Positions 54,435-63,722 are shown, numbered from the whole stretch's first letter. The stretch: 63,722 nt of DNA, filler included, from an uncultured Methanoregulaceae archaeon (GCA_964530035.1; 3 parts of 3 records of this genome joined end to end with filler, not necessarily neighbours in it), one strand, 5' to 3'. The notes: a model not told the origin generated them from the sequence alone. A program made the numbers and translations.

Positions 54435-54698
54435 ACAATACAGGGGTGGTATCCGCGACCCGATAAGGTTTCTCTATAAAAACCTCTGTACGGGGTTTTT
54501 CCTTTCCGTGGCTCCCCCAAGCGCGGGATACACTCGACAGAACCACAAGCAGTTCCATCCATGTGAGTAGTCCGGGAGCTCCCCACGACCGGCCTCCGTG
54601 TCCTGATGGGGGTCTGGCCGGAGGTCCGGACTGGGGTGGGAGTGATCAGTGCTTATCGGAAGGATTGAACCCTTCACCTGTCCATAGATATACTCCAG

Positions 54699-55271
54699 AT
54701 GGAGATGGAGAAGGATTCCCTGACCGGTGAGAACGACACGAAGGCCGGCAGACCTGAACGCGGGCAGCAACACACGGTGGAACGGGTATTCGAACGGTCC
54801 CTCTGGAGTACGCGGTATTTCGTTCTCCTTGGCGTAATCTGCAGTGCACTCAGCGCACTCGTGCTCTTCATCGCCGGGTCGCTCGAGGTCCTCCAGGTCC
54901 TTGTCGAGTATGTCGGCGTTGGCGAACACCACCTGACGCACGAACGGATACTCATCGGGATCATCGGGGCTGTCGACTTCTACCTGATAGCCCTCGTCCT
55001 CCTCATCATATCATTCGGCATCTACGAGCTCTTCATCTCCGAGATCGATGTCGCACGTCACGAAAACCGGTTCGGGGGAGTCCTCGACATCGAGTCCCTC
55101 GACGACCTCAAGAACAAGATCATCAAGGTCATCATCATGGTCCTCATCGTGAACCTCTTCCAGCGGGTCCTTTCGATGGAGTTTTCCACCTCCCTTGACA
55201 TGCTGGCCATGGCGCTCTCGATCGGGGTGATCTGCGTGGGTGTCTATTTCCTCGGGCGGCACGGCGAATAA
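54699..55271 (+). CDS. YqhA/UPF0114-family membrane protein
   Basis: VDFYLIA, FGIYELFIS and SLDDLKNK motifs. Confidence 0.88.
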   Translation: MEMEKDSLTGENDTKAGRPERGQQHTVERVFERSLWSTRYFVLLGVICSALSALVLFIAGSLEVLQVLVEYVGVGEHHLTHERILIGIIGAVDFYLIALVLLIISFGIYELFISEIDVARHENRFGGVLDIESLDDLKNKIIKVIIMVLIVNLFQRVLSMEFSTSLDMLAMALSIGVICVGVYFLGRHGE

Positions 55272-55557
55272 GACCGGCGGGCTGACCCGGTGCAGGGGGC
55301 CGGAGGAGGTATACCGGGTATGGGCGGGGGAAGGTACCTGCCACCGTCCTGGATGTGTCCTGACCGGGGCCTTTGGCATGGAAGGAGCGTCATGCCCGGG
55401 TCATTCCATAAAAATACCATTGGATACTGTTTCGTTTGGGAATGGGACCTTTTCCAGTTCTCCAATGCACTGTCGCTCACGTTTTCATCCTCTATTATTG
55501 ACGCCACCTGTTGCCGCTTGGCAAAGGTACATATCCTGAACTCCGTGATGTAAGCCT

Positions 55558-58182
55558 ATGGCACGAAATGTTGGGATCTGGTGTACGTTCCTCGTTTTGT
55601 GTGTCGTTTTAACCGGTGCTATTGTCACGGCGGCACTTTCAGGCGGGGGGCCATCCGGGAAGGGAGCGGGGCGGTATCTTGAAGCGACGACTACGCCGCT
55701 TGCAAGCCTTGCTTCATGGAATATACTGACCGTTCCGTGTCCCTGGAACGAGACATGGTGCGTGACCGATGACCCGCCGTTGCACAAGTACCGTATCCTC
55801 GTCGACCTTGGCCATGCCGAACGGATTAAGATCGACGGGATGACGTCATCGAACCTCGACAAGTCCTCGAACTCGAGGATCTTCGACTGGCAGGACTGGG
55901 CCAAGGACATGAGGGCACAGGGGTACGAGGTCAGCGTCATAACCAAGCGGCCGGTGGCTGCTGCCGACCTTGTCAACGCCGACCTTTACATCGTCGCCCA
56001 GCCAGACAAGGGGAAGAACGGCCCTGTCTATTTCACGAAAGATGAAAAGGAGGCAATAGCATGCTTTGTCCTCCGTGGCAACACGCTCCTCGTGATGGCC
56101 CAGCAGTTCATGGGCGGAAAGGACCGGACGACCTATACCGGGGACATGAAGACGACCTACGCCTCCGCCGATGTCATCAACGACCTCCTCGAGGGCATCC
56201 ATGTCGAGGGGAGGTTCACCGAGGGCAAGGTATCAGGCAGCGTCCTTGACCTGATGGACTCGGACAACGCCGCCACGCAGGTCTTTACCGGGACACCGCC
56301 CGACATCTGGCTCCCGGCAGGGAACCTGAAGCCGGAGATGAAGTCCAATACCTTCGCATATTTCCACGGGCTTTCCATCGTGCCCGATACCGTGGACTGG
56401 CTCGTCCGGGGTGACAGCACGACCTTCACCTCGCCGAAGAACACGAAGTACGCACCGGTGGTCCAGCCCGCAGGGAGCCAGCCGGTTGCCATCGGGGTCA
56501 ACGGCCTCGGGTGCGGCAGGGTGTACCTCTACGGTGACCCGTCCGCATGGCAGAAGGACTCGTACATCGGCAAGGTCTACTCCGAGCAGAAGTACCACGA
56601 GCAGGAGGCCGCCCGGGTGCTCGTCAGCAGGATGCTCTCCTTCAACCGGACCTGCGAGCCGTGCGAGTCGCAGGCACAGCAGCAGCCGGTACAGACCCGT
56701 ACGGTGACCACCCGGGCCACGCCGTACCGGCCGTTCGACACCCCGACAACGACCAGGACCATCCTGACACGGACCCCCACCCGCACACGCACGCCGACGG
56801 TGACACCCACGGTGACCCCGTTCGGGGACTGCAGCAGCTGTCTTGTCGACTGCAACCAGGGGACGGACGAGGCAAGCCTCATGGGCCGTATGGAGTGCTA
56901 TCTCGGGTGCACCGGGACCTTCGAAGGGTCGATGAAGTGCCGGTACTGCCTTGACCGTGCCCGTGCGTCCGGTGAGACAACGCTCGAGGGCGTCACGAAC
57001 TACTACTCGCAGTGCCTCATCGACAGTGGCTGCACCTGCCCAGAAGAGGACTGTAACACGTGTATTGCCGGCTGCGGTGACAACACCGCCTGCCAGCTGA
57101 GCTGCTATGACGAAAACAACCGTCCGTGCCTCACGACCTTCACGGACGACTGCACGTCGTGCGTCAGGAACTGTGGCGACAGGGTGGACTGCCAGCTGGC
57201 CTGCACGGATGGCGGGCAGCCCTGCATACCGCCGTTCCAGCTGGACTGCAAGACCTGTATTGACCGGTGCGAAGGAAATGGTGAATGTGCGACGCAGTGT
57301 GTTGACGAAAACAACCAGCCCTGCATCAACCGGGGGACGATCAGTTGCCCGAACGGCTATTCGGCCTGTTACCAGAACGTGAATGGCGGGTATGACTGCT
57401 ATGCTTCCGGCACGGGGCCCCTGCACGCATGTGCGTTCGGCCAGACCATGCTCTGTACGAACGACAACAATGACCCCTGCAGGACCTACTGCAGCTGCGT
57501 TGACAGCGGGCCGCTCTCGTACGACATCGATGCCTGTCCCGTGACGTCCATCCAGACGATGTACAGGGACGAGTTCGAACAATGGGTCCGCCTCCCGCTC
57601 GGTTCGGGACTGGACTGTCCGAACGGTGTCACGCCTGAATGCAAGCTCGATACCGACACCTGCATAGAATACTGCGAATGCCCGCCGGCCTCGGCCGTCT
57701 GGACGCCGACGCCGACACCGACCGGTGCATACGCATGGACCCCCACACCGACCCCCACGGGTGCCCAGTCCTGGACGGCCACCTCGGAGTGCCAGGCCTG
57801 TTACTTAGGCTGTACCCAGAAGACGACCTCTTCGGCGGGCAGTAAGGACACCGAGGCAGTATTCCCGACCAATGCCTGCCGGAATGCCTGTGATAAAAAG
57901 TATGGGACGACTGTTCTCAGCTGCGCCTGTGCCAACAAGCCTCCGTGCGGAGAAGGGTATTTCCAGACGGTATTCACGAACAACATGACCTGCGCCTGTC
58001 TCCCCAGCCAGACCACGGGCGGGGGTTCTTTCGACTGGACGTCACTGAGCAGCCAGTGGACAGGGCACTATACTGGTTCACCACAAACGGGAAGTTCAAC
58101 CTGCCGGTATACCTGTGACCGATGTTGTGATCCTTCGGGCTACAAATGCTGGGACTGCAACTGCAGGAATGTCTGCAGTTAA
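55558..58182 (+). CDS. Secreted protein: GATase-like (DUF4350/GIFT-like) domain, Thr-rich linker and long Cys-rich C-terminal region
   Basis: Signal peptide; ILVDLGH, FTKDEKEAIACFVLRG and GRVYLYGD motifs; dozens of patterned cysteines. Confidence 0.8.
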   Translation: MARNVGIWCTFLVLCVVLTGAIVTAALSGGGPSGKGAGRYLEATTTPLASLASWNILTVPCPWNETWCVTDDPPLHKYRILVDLGHAERIKIDGMTSSNLDKSSNSRIFDWQDWAKDMRAQGYEVSVITKRPVAAADLVNADLYIVAQPDKGKNGPVYFTKDEKEAIACFVLRGNTLLVMAQQFMGGKDRTTYTGDMKTTYASADVINDLLEGIHVEGRFTEGKVSGSVLDLMDSDNAATQVFTGTPPDIWLPAGNLKPEMKSNTFAYFHGLSIVPDTVDWLVRGDSTTFTSPKNTKYAPVVQPAGSQPVAIGVNGLGCGRVYLYGDPSAWQKDSYIGKVYSEQKYHEQEAARVLVSRMLSFNRTCEPCESQAQQQPVQTRTVTTRATPYRPFDTPTTTRTILTRTPTRTRTPTVTPTVTPFGDCSSCLVDCNQGTDEASLMGRMECYLGCTGTFEGSMKCRYCLDRARASGETTLEGVTNYYSQCLIDSGCTCPEEDCNTCIAGCGDNTACQLSCYDENNRPCLTTFTDDCTSCVRNCGDRVDCQLACTDGGQPCIPPFQLDCKTCIDRCEGNGECATQCVDENNQPCINRGTISCPNGYSACYQNVNGGYDCYASGTGPLHACAFGQTMLCTNDNNDPCRTYCSCVDSGPLSYDIDACPVTSIQTMYRDEFEQWVRLPLGSGLDCPNGVTPECKLDTDTCIEYCECPPASAVWTPTPTPTGAYAWTPTPTPTGAQSWTATSECQACYLGCTQKTTSSAGSKDTEAVFPTNACRNACDKKYGTTVLSCACANKPPCGEGYFQTVFTNNMTCACLPSQTTGGGSFDWTSLSSQWTGHYTGSPQTGSSTCRYTCDRCCDPSGYKCWDCNCRNVCS

Positions 58183-58399
58183 ACCGCCACATTTTTAATG
58201 GAACTATTCAGTCTAACCGTAAAATCCATTTTTAATCGTGTTGCGATGAGGACTTCAGGGAAAATTTTTCCAGAATCTGATATCGACATCAGAAGGTCTA
58301 TCTGCAACGTGTTTTCTTTTCATCCTTTTTCCAGGGACTATCCCGATGAAAAAGCACTGAACAGGTGGATGAAGCGTTTTACCGTGGACGGTGGCCTTT

Positions 58400-58642
58400 A
58401 TGGAATTCACCTTTGACAGGGCCTCCAACCTCCGTGAACAGCTGGAGTTTGTCAGGATGTATGCCGCCTGGGTGCGGCGGACGCCGAACGCAGAGTGGAG
58501 CCGGCAACAGGCGGTCCTGGTGGACAGCTTCTATGAAAACGCCGTCAACATGCCTCTTTCGGCCCGGGAATACATGGAGAAGATAGCTGTACGGAGAAAA
58601 TCCGAAGACCGGCGGGCTCTCCCGAAGGACCAGCCCCGGTGA
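58400..58642 (+). CDS. Small hypothetical protein
   Basis: Open frame with host-like codon usage and a GGTGG RBS-like motif. Confidence 0.65.
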   Translation: MEFTFDRASNLREQLEFVRMYAAWVRRTPNAEWSRQQAVLVDSFYENAVNMPLSAREYMEKIAVRRKSEDRRALPKDQPR

Positions 58643-58769
58643 AAAGAATCACGCAAACGCCCCTTCCTGTGCGGTCATCAGGCAGGCCCCGTGGGCATTG
58701 ACCGTACGGAGAAGTCAAATGGTATTCTATAAATCCCACGGTGGCACCTCTTCATCATAGAGCGATACC

Positions 58770-59267
58770 ATGCACAGGGTAGTTGACATCTCCGGGTTGC
58801 CCGATTCCCCGGCGCTGTACGTCTTTAAGGGGGGGAAGGGAACCGTCACGTTCGTCGCCTATGTCGGGACCGCGGACCATCTGCGGAACGCGGTCAACCG
58901 GCACATGAACAAGAGGGACAGCCACGAAGTGATGGGGACATCGGCCGTGTCCCTGAACCCGGACTACATCACCGGGCTGGACTGGTGGGAGCACCCTTTC
59001 TTCTCCGCATCCGGCTCTCTCGAGGCGGCGGCAGCACTGGCCACGGACATCTTCGACCCCATCATACGGAGCAGGACAGCCCCGTCCAGGAGAGCAAAGG
59101 ACCTCCTCCAGGACCGGGTGTTCAAGCAGGAGATCACCCAGCTGCTGAAGGGTTCTCCATCGGGGTCGATGTCGTTTCCGTTCTTCCAGGACCTCGTGGA
59201 GAGGATAACCAGCCTGGAAACCGATGTGGAGGAGATCAAGAAGAAGCTTGAGCCGGCCGGGGAATGA
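58770..59267 (+). CDS. Hypothetical protein, degenerate GIY-YIG-like N-terminus and coiled-coil tail
   Basis: LPDSPALYVF...AYVGTADHLRNAVNRH resembles the UvrC-type LPxxPGVY...YVGxAxNLRxR pattern. Confidence 0.6.
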   Translation: MHRVVDISGLPDSPALYVFKGGKGTVTFVAYVGTADHLRNAVNRHMNKRDSHEVMGTSAVSLNPDYITGLDWWEHPFFSASGSLEAAAALATDIFDPIIRSRTAPSRRAKDLLQDRVFKQEITQLLKGSPSGSMSFPFFQDLVERITSLETDVEEIKKKLEPAGE

Positions 59268-59384
59268 CCGGGTGGTTTCCCCCTGCTGATCTCCGTAAAT
59301 TCTCGGAGCAGTATGGAGATGTCATACAGTGGGACCAGTCAAACCGGGGCATGATTTATCAGGCATGATTTGTCAGGAGTGCAA

Positions 59385-59520
59385 TGAGGGTATTACTCGA
59401 ATCCCTTGCCGGAATACGTGTATGATGCCTACATGAAGTATTGGGGGCCGGTTGGATTATTATTAGAGAATGATTAGCATTGATGACCACATCATAGTTC
59501 AACACATTTTTATAAAAAAA
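59385..59520 (+). promoter_or_regulatory. Conserved upstream element (dyad plus TATA), copy 1
   Basis: CCGG-AATAC-GTGTA...TACAT-gaa-GTATT-ggggg-CCGG at 59409-59451, then CACATTTTTATAAAA. Confidence 0.65.
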
Positions 59521-59569
59521 GAGAGAACCTCACGAAATAGGCCTATTTGGCTAGTAGTGAGGTTGTATC

Positions 59570-60643
59570 TTGAAAAAAACGATGGTAATCGCCCCGATAT
59601 TGTTGGTTGTTTTCGTATTGATCAGCGGCATGGCCGCGGCGGACCGTCTGCCGAACCAGACTCCTGAAAACCAGGTGTTCAGCATGGCCTCCTCGGTTGA
59701 GGCAATTGGGATGTATTCCGGCTCACAGAGCCTGCAGTGGACGGGAGGGTATGATCCTGTTCTGGCATTTCCCTCTGATCCAACAAGCCCGATGTTCGAT
59801 GGCTACAATGGCTGGAATGGTGATTGGACGCTTCATTGGTTGATGGGTGATTGGGATTTTTATAATCAATACGGTCTTGAAGGTTATCCGGCCGGATTAA
59901 CTTTCCAACAATATCTGGCTCGTTTGCCAACAGATATGAATGTAATCCGTCCCGAGATAAGAACAGGTGCTCAAAGCCTTATTGATTATCTGAATGCTCA
60001 ATTAGGTCACGGGGGGCTTCACACCGGCATCCTCGACCCCAACGAGGTCCGTGCGACAACCGCCTATAGTGAAATGTCCGAGACAAACGGTGGCTATGTC
60101 TCCGAGACCAAGACCTTCGACCCCGACACCCGGAACAAGGCCCTTGACCTCTACAACGTCGAAGCCACCAAGACCTTCACCTACGCAACCGATGCGAACA
60201 CCGGAAGCGTAGCCCAGACGTCAGAAATGATCGCTCTCGACCTCATGGGCAGTCCGACCCGAACAGCCGACGTCATTGCCTGTCCGTTCGGACCGTCCGT
60301 GAGCGAGTTCTACCCGGCGTTCTGCAACGTGGTCTACGCTAAGTCCATGAGCCAGGGAGTGACTTCGGCAGCCCAGTCCTCCTCGGCACAGGTCAGGATG
60401 ATTGCAGCAACCGCTGACGTAGGAAGTGCCCTGAACTACAACTTCGATGTCAGGCCCGATGCATCGGCTGGAATAGGCTATGCCATGGGAACGTTCGGCA
60501 CGGAGTTCGGAGTGTCGATCAAGGAAGCCCGTGGGAACAACCTGACCCCGTCACAGACCGTGGTCTACACTGACAAGGCAACGGTTGCCGGCATGGTGGC
60601 CAAGTTCACGAAGCAGCACTCGTACAAGGGCTTCTTCGGCTGA
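59570..60643 (+). CDS. Major sheath protein (MspA)-like secreted protein, paralog 1
   Basis: TTG start, GTGAGG RBS, signal peptide ending AAA-DRLPNQTPENQVF; PAFCNVV, ALNY and SIKEAR motifs. Family call is from recalled similarity to Methanospirillum sheath proteins, not a database search. Confidence 0.7.
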   Translation: MKKTMVIAPILLVVFVLISGMAAADRLPNQTPENQVFSMASSVEAIGMYSGSQSLQWTGGYDPVLAFPSDPTSPMFDGYNGWNGDWTLHWLMGDWDFYNQYGLEGYPAGLTFQQYLARLPTDMNVIRPEIRTGAQSLIDYLNAQLGHGGLHTGILDPNEVRATTAYSEMSETNGGYVSETKTFDPDTRNKALDLYNVEATKTFTYATDANTGSVAQTSEMIALDLMGSPTRTADVIACPFGPSVSEFYPAFCNVVYAKSMSQGVTSAAQSSSAQVRMIAATADVGSALNYNFDVRPDASAGIGYAMGTFGTEFGVSIKEARGNNLTPSQTVVYTDKATVAGMVAKFTKQHSYKGFFG

Positions 60644-60645
60644 AT

Positions 60646-60670
60646 AAAACAGGGAGATATCCCCTTTTTT
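60646..60670 (+). terminator. Putative terminator
   Basis: GGGA-gata-TCCC hairpin followed by a T-tract. Confidence 0.5.
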
Positions 60671-60703
60671 CCTTCTACAACGCTCTTTTTAATGTGGGGA
60701 CGG

Positions 60704-60840
60704 TGAGGGTATTACTCGCATCCCCTGCCGGGATACGTGTATGATCCATACATGGAGTATTGGGGACCGGTTGGTGGAGTGGAAGGTGATTGATGAGCAT
60801 CGAATAATCCCATTACAACTCAACACATTTTTATAAAAAG
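60704..60840 (+). promoter_or_regulatory. Conserved upstream element, copy 2
   Basis: CCGG-GATAC-GTGTATG-atc-CATACAT-gga-GTATT-gggga-CCGG at 60728-60770, then CACATTTTTATAAAA. Confidence 0.65.
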
Positions 60841-60890
60841 CGGGGCAACCTCATGAAATAGGCCTTTTGGGCCGGTAGTGAGGTTATATC

Positions 60891-62000
60891 TTGAAAAAAA
60901 CGATACTGATCGCCTCGATATTGTTGATTGTTTTCGTATTGCTTACCGGTATGGCTGCGGCGGACCGTCTTCCGAACCAGACCCCTGAAAACCAAGTGTT
61001 CAGCATGGTTTCTTCGGTTGAGGCAATTGGGATGTATTCCGGTTCCCAGAGCCTGCAGTGGACGGCGGGGTATGCTCCTATTAGCGGATCTGCGATGAAC
61101 ATATATACCCTGGGGGGGGAGGGAGCTTGCGCTCGAATGAATGATGAAGAATATGAGCAGTTTCACTCAAGACTTGTTGCCGCAGGTGGTTCTGATACCG
61201 GTACACCTGGTGAAGGATATACCGTTTGCTCCATGAATATGCCAGCGACGCTTTATAACGTCAATGCATATGGTGATGAAAGGCAGGGATACACTACGTT
61301 TGGAGAGATTGGAGAAGGGATAACGGGGGATGGGCCCACTCAAACTCTTCAAATCTCTACCGGTCATGGCGGTCTTCACACTGGTATCCTCGACCCTGAC
61401 GAGGTCCGTGCGACAACCGCCTACTCCGAAATGTCCGAGACAAACGGTGGCTATGTCTCCGAGACCAAGACCTTCGACCCCGACACCCGGAACAAGGCCC
61501 TTGACCTCTACAACGTCGAAGCCACCAAGACCTTCACCTACGCAACCGATGCGAACACCGGAAGCGTAGCCCAGACGTCAGAAATGATCGCTCTCGACCT
61601 CATGGGCAGTCCGACCCGAACAGCCGACGTCATTGCCTGTCCGTTCGGACCGTCCGTGAGCGAGTTCTACCCGGCGTTCTGCAACGTGGTCTACGCCAAG
61701 TCGATGAGCCAGGGTGTCACATCAGCAGCACAGTCCTCCTCGGCACAGGTCAGGATGATTGCAGCAACTGCTGACGTAGGAAGTGCCCTGAATTACAACT
61801 TCGACGTGAAGCCCGATGCATCGGCTGGAATAGGCTATGCCATGGGAACGTTCGGCACGGAGTTTGGAGTGTCGATCAAGGAAGCCCGAGGGAACAACCT
61901 GACGCCTTCACAGACCGTGGTCTACACGGACAAGGCAACGGTTGCCGGCATGGTGGCGAAGTTCACGAAGCAGCACTCGTACAAGGGCTTCTTCGGGTGA
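60891..62000 (+). CDS. MspA-like secreted protein, paralog 2
   Basis: Same architecture as paralog 1; the C-terminal constant region differs from it at only 2 residues. Confidence 0.7.
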   Translation: MKKTILIASILLIVFVLLTGMAAADRLPNQTPENQVFSMVSSVEAIGMYSGSQSLQWTAGYAPISGSAMNIYTLGGEGACARMNDEEYEQFHSRLVAAGGSDTGTPGEGYTVCSMNMPATLYNVNAYGDERQGYTTFGEIGEGITGDGPTQTLQISTGHGGLHTGILDPDEVRATTAYSEMSETNGGYVSETKTFDPDTRNKALDLYNVEATKTFTYATDANTGSVAQTSEMIALDLMGSPTRTADVIACPFGPSVSEFYPAFCNVVYAKSMSQGVTSAAQSSSAQVRMIAATADVGSALNYNFDVKPDASAGIGYAMGTFGTEFGVSIKEARGNNLTPSQTVVYTDKATVAGMVAKFTKQHSYKGFFG

Positions 62001-62076
62001 AAAATAACAGGAAAAACCTCCTTTTTTCCGTCTATAACGCTTTTTTTAATTACAGGACGGGGAGGTCATTACAACC

Positions 62077-62198
62077 ATCCCCTGCCGGAATACGTGTATG
62101 ATGAACACATGAAGTATTGGGGGCCGGTGGCTTTGTGTGAGGGGGATCTCATGGGCATTGAATGACCGTAGAACAATTCAGCACATTTTTATGAAAAG
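62077..62198 (+). promoter_or_regulatory. Conserved upstream element, copy 3
   Basis: CCGG-AATAC-GTGT...ACACAT-gaa-GTATT-ggggg-CCGG at 62085-62127, then CACATTTTTATGAAAA. Confidence 0.6.
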
Positions 62199-62248
62199 AA
62201 AGGCAACCTCACTTAATCTGCCCATTAGACGCGTAATGAGGTTTTATC

Positions 62249-63385
62249 TTGGAAAAAACGTCAGTGATCTCCCCAATTTTATTAACCCTCCTCGTATTGC
62301 TCAGCGGTATGGCCGCGGCTGACCGTTTGCCAAACCAGACCCCGGAAAATCAGGTCTTCACAACAGCCTCATCGGTTGAGGCGATCGGGTCGTATTCGGG
62401 ATCACAGGACCTCCAGTGGACGGCGGGGTATGACCCGGTAACAACGAGGATGTCCGTGATGCATGTGTATGCATCTGCTACTCCCTCCCGGCTCGAGGCG
62501 GATAGTTATGGGAAGATTCACGGGATCCTTGTCAATGGTGGAGGCTCTGATAACGGCGAGATAAAACAGGGTTTTAGTTTTTGGGAACTCTCATCGATGA
62601 CTATCCCGGAGTCGTTGCTTGGAACTGTTATAGACCTGGACGGGTTCCACACTCTTGGGGACTACGCATCTTTTTTCTATTTAGATTATAATGGCCAACC
62701 CTCTCACGGATCCCATACCGTCTTTGACGTCCCTTCGATGACCGGTCATGGAGGACTCCACACCGGCATCCTCGACCCCGACGAGGTCCGTGCAACAACC
62801 GCCTACAGCGAGATGACGGAAACGAACGGTGGGTATATTTCTGAAACGAAGACATTCGACCCCGACACCCGGAACAAGGCGGTCGGACTGTTCAATGTCG
62901 AGTCCACGAAGACCTTCACCTATGCAACCGATGCCAATACCGGCAGTATCGCCCAGACCTCCGAGATGATCGCCACTGACAACATGGGATCTCCCACGGC
63001 GACTGCCGACGTCATCGCCTGCCCGTTCGGGCCTTCACAGAGCGAGATCCTCCCTGCGTTCTGCAACGTGGTCTATGCCAGGTCAATGAGTCAGGGCGTC
63101 ACATCCGTAGCCCAGTCTTCGTCCGCTCAGGTCAGGATGGTGGCGGCAGGTGCGGACACTCCAGCCGAGCTGAACTACAACTTCGACGTGAAGCCTGACG
63201 CATCAGCCGGAATCGGCTATGCCATGGGGACCTTCGGCACGGAGTTCGGAATATCAGTCAAGGAAGCCCGCGGGAACAGCCTGACACCATCGGCAACGGT
63301 TGTCTATACGGACAAGGCAACGGTCGCCGGCATGGTGGCGAAGTTCACGAAGCAGTACCAGTCGAAGTCAGGGTTCAGCCTCTAG
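62249..63385 (+). CDS. MspA-like secreted protein, paralog 3
   Basis: Same architecture with a more diverged constant region; ends QSKSGFSL. Confidence 0.7.
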   Translation: MEKTSVISPILLTLLVLLSGMAAADRLPNQTPENQVFTTASSVEAIGSYSGSQDLQWTAGYDPVTTRMSVMHVYASATPSRLEADSYGKIHGILVNGGGSDNGEIKQGFSFWELSSMTIPESLLGTVIDLDGFHTLGDYASFFYLDYNGQPSHGSHTVFDVPSMTGHGGLHTGILDPDEVRATTAYSEMTETNGGYISETKTFDPDTRNKAVGLFNVESTKTFTYATDANTGSIAQTSEMIATDNMGSPTATADVIACPFGPSQSEILPAFCNVVYARSMSQGVTSVAQSSSAQVRMVAAGADTPAELNYNFDVKPDASAGIGYAMGTFGTEFGISVKEARGNSLTPSATVVYTDKATVAGMVAKFTKQYQSKSGFSL

Positions 63386-63722
63386 AACCTTGAAAAGAGA
63401 TAATCCCCTTTTTCCTCATAACCTGTTATTTCCGGTCCAGTCTCCTGCTGACCATGGCCCGGCAGACCCGGGGATCTCAGCGGTCCTGGTGGGCGTCGAT
63501 CCCGGCTTCGGTTGTCCCTTTCCCAGAAGCAGGTGGACCTCGTGACATCCAGGTGCATTTCCGGTTTGCCGGACCGGACACCCTTTGCCCTGGCCTGCCT
63601 GGTCCCGGGTCCTGTCTGATATTCAGGTCTGTCCGTTCCTGCCGGATGGTCCGTGTCGTGACCGGCACCAGGGGCTATTCAAAGGACAACCGTTTAAAAA
63701 AGGCTCTTCCGATCAGGATGGG

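Noticed and set aside
59348..59377. Short tandem GGCATGATTT(A/G)TCAGG repeat
   Set aside because: Only two copies and not present before the other paralogs, so too weak to call.
59570..63385. Diversity-generating retroelement or invertible shufflon behind the variable inserts
   Set aside because: No reverse transcriptase or recombinase in the window and no template/variable repeat pair with adenine-specific mismatches; the inserts differ in length and throughout their sequence.

Overview
Chromosomal DNA from a hydrogenotrophic methanogenic archaeon. The mtrEDCBAF-(mtrA/G)-H layout and the sheath-like proteins point to Methanomicrobiales, probably Methanoregulaceae/Methanolinea-like (inference). 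The window joins three contigs through artificial N44-TTAATTAATTAA-N44 linkers (25797-25896, 51484-51583) and has two more 100-N gaps inside coding tandem repeats. Contig 1 holds two paralogous giant surface proteins with a shared upstream architecture, cofD, an HD hydrolase, a ubiX-ubiD-acnX cluster (archaeal mevalonate pathway), a DUF1646/HEAT/DUF432/MscS cluster, a secreted S8/S53-like protease with a partner carrying a free-standing prodomain copy, and polC with a 165-aa Gln-ending mini-intein. Contig 2 holds metal/FeS accessory genes, the mtr operon, a rubredoxin, F390 synthetase between two dedA genes, a mini-RNase III, a speD-like gene and the end of the spc ribosomal operon. Contig 3 holds an MsvR-like regulator divergent from a probable fwdB start, a very Cys-rich secreted protein, and the most striking feature: three tandem secreted paralogs resembling amyloid-like major sheath proteins. 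These have homogenised constant regions, a hypervariable internal cassette and a conserved dyad upstream of each copy. No tRNA, rRNA, CRISPR array or transposase was recognised.
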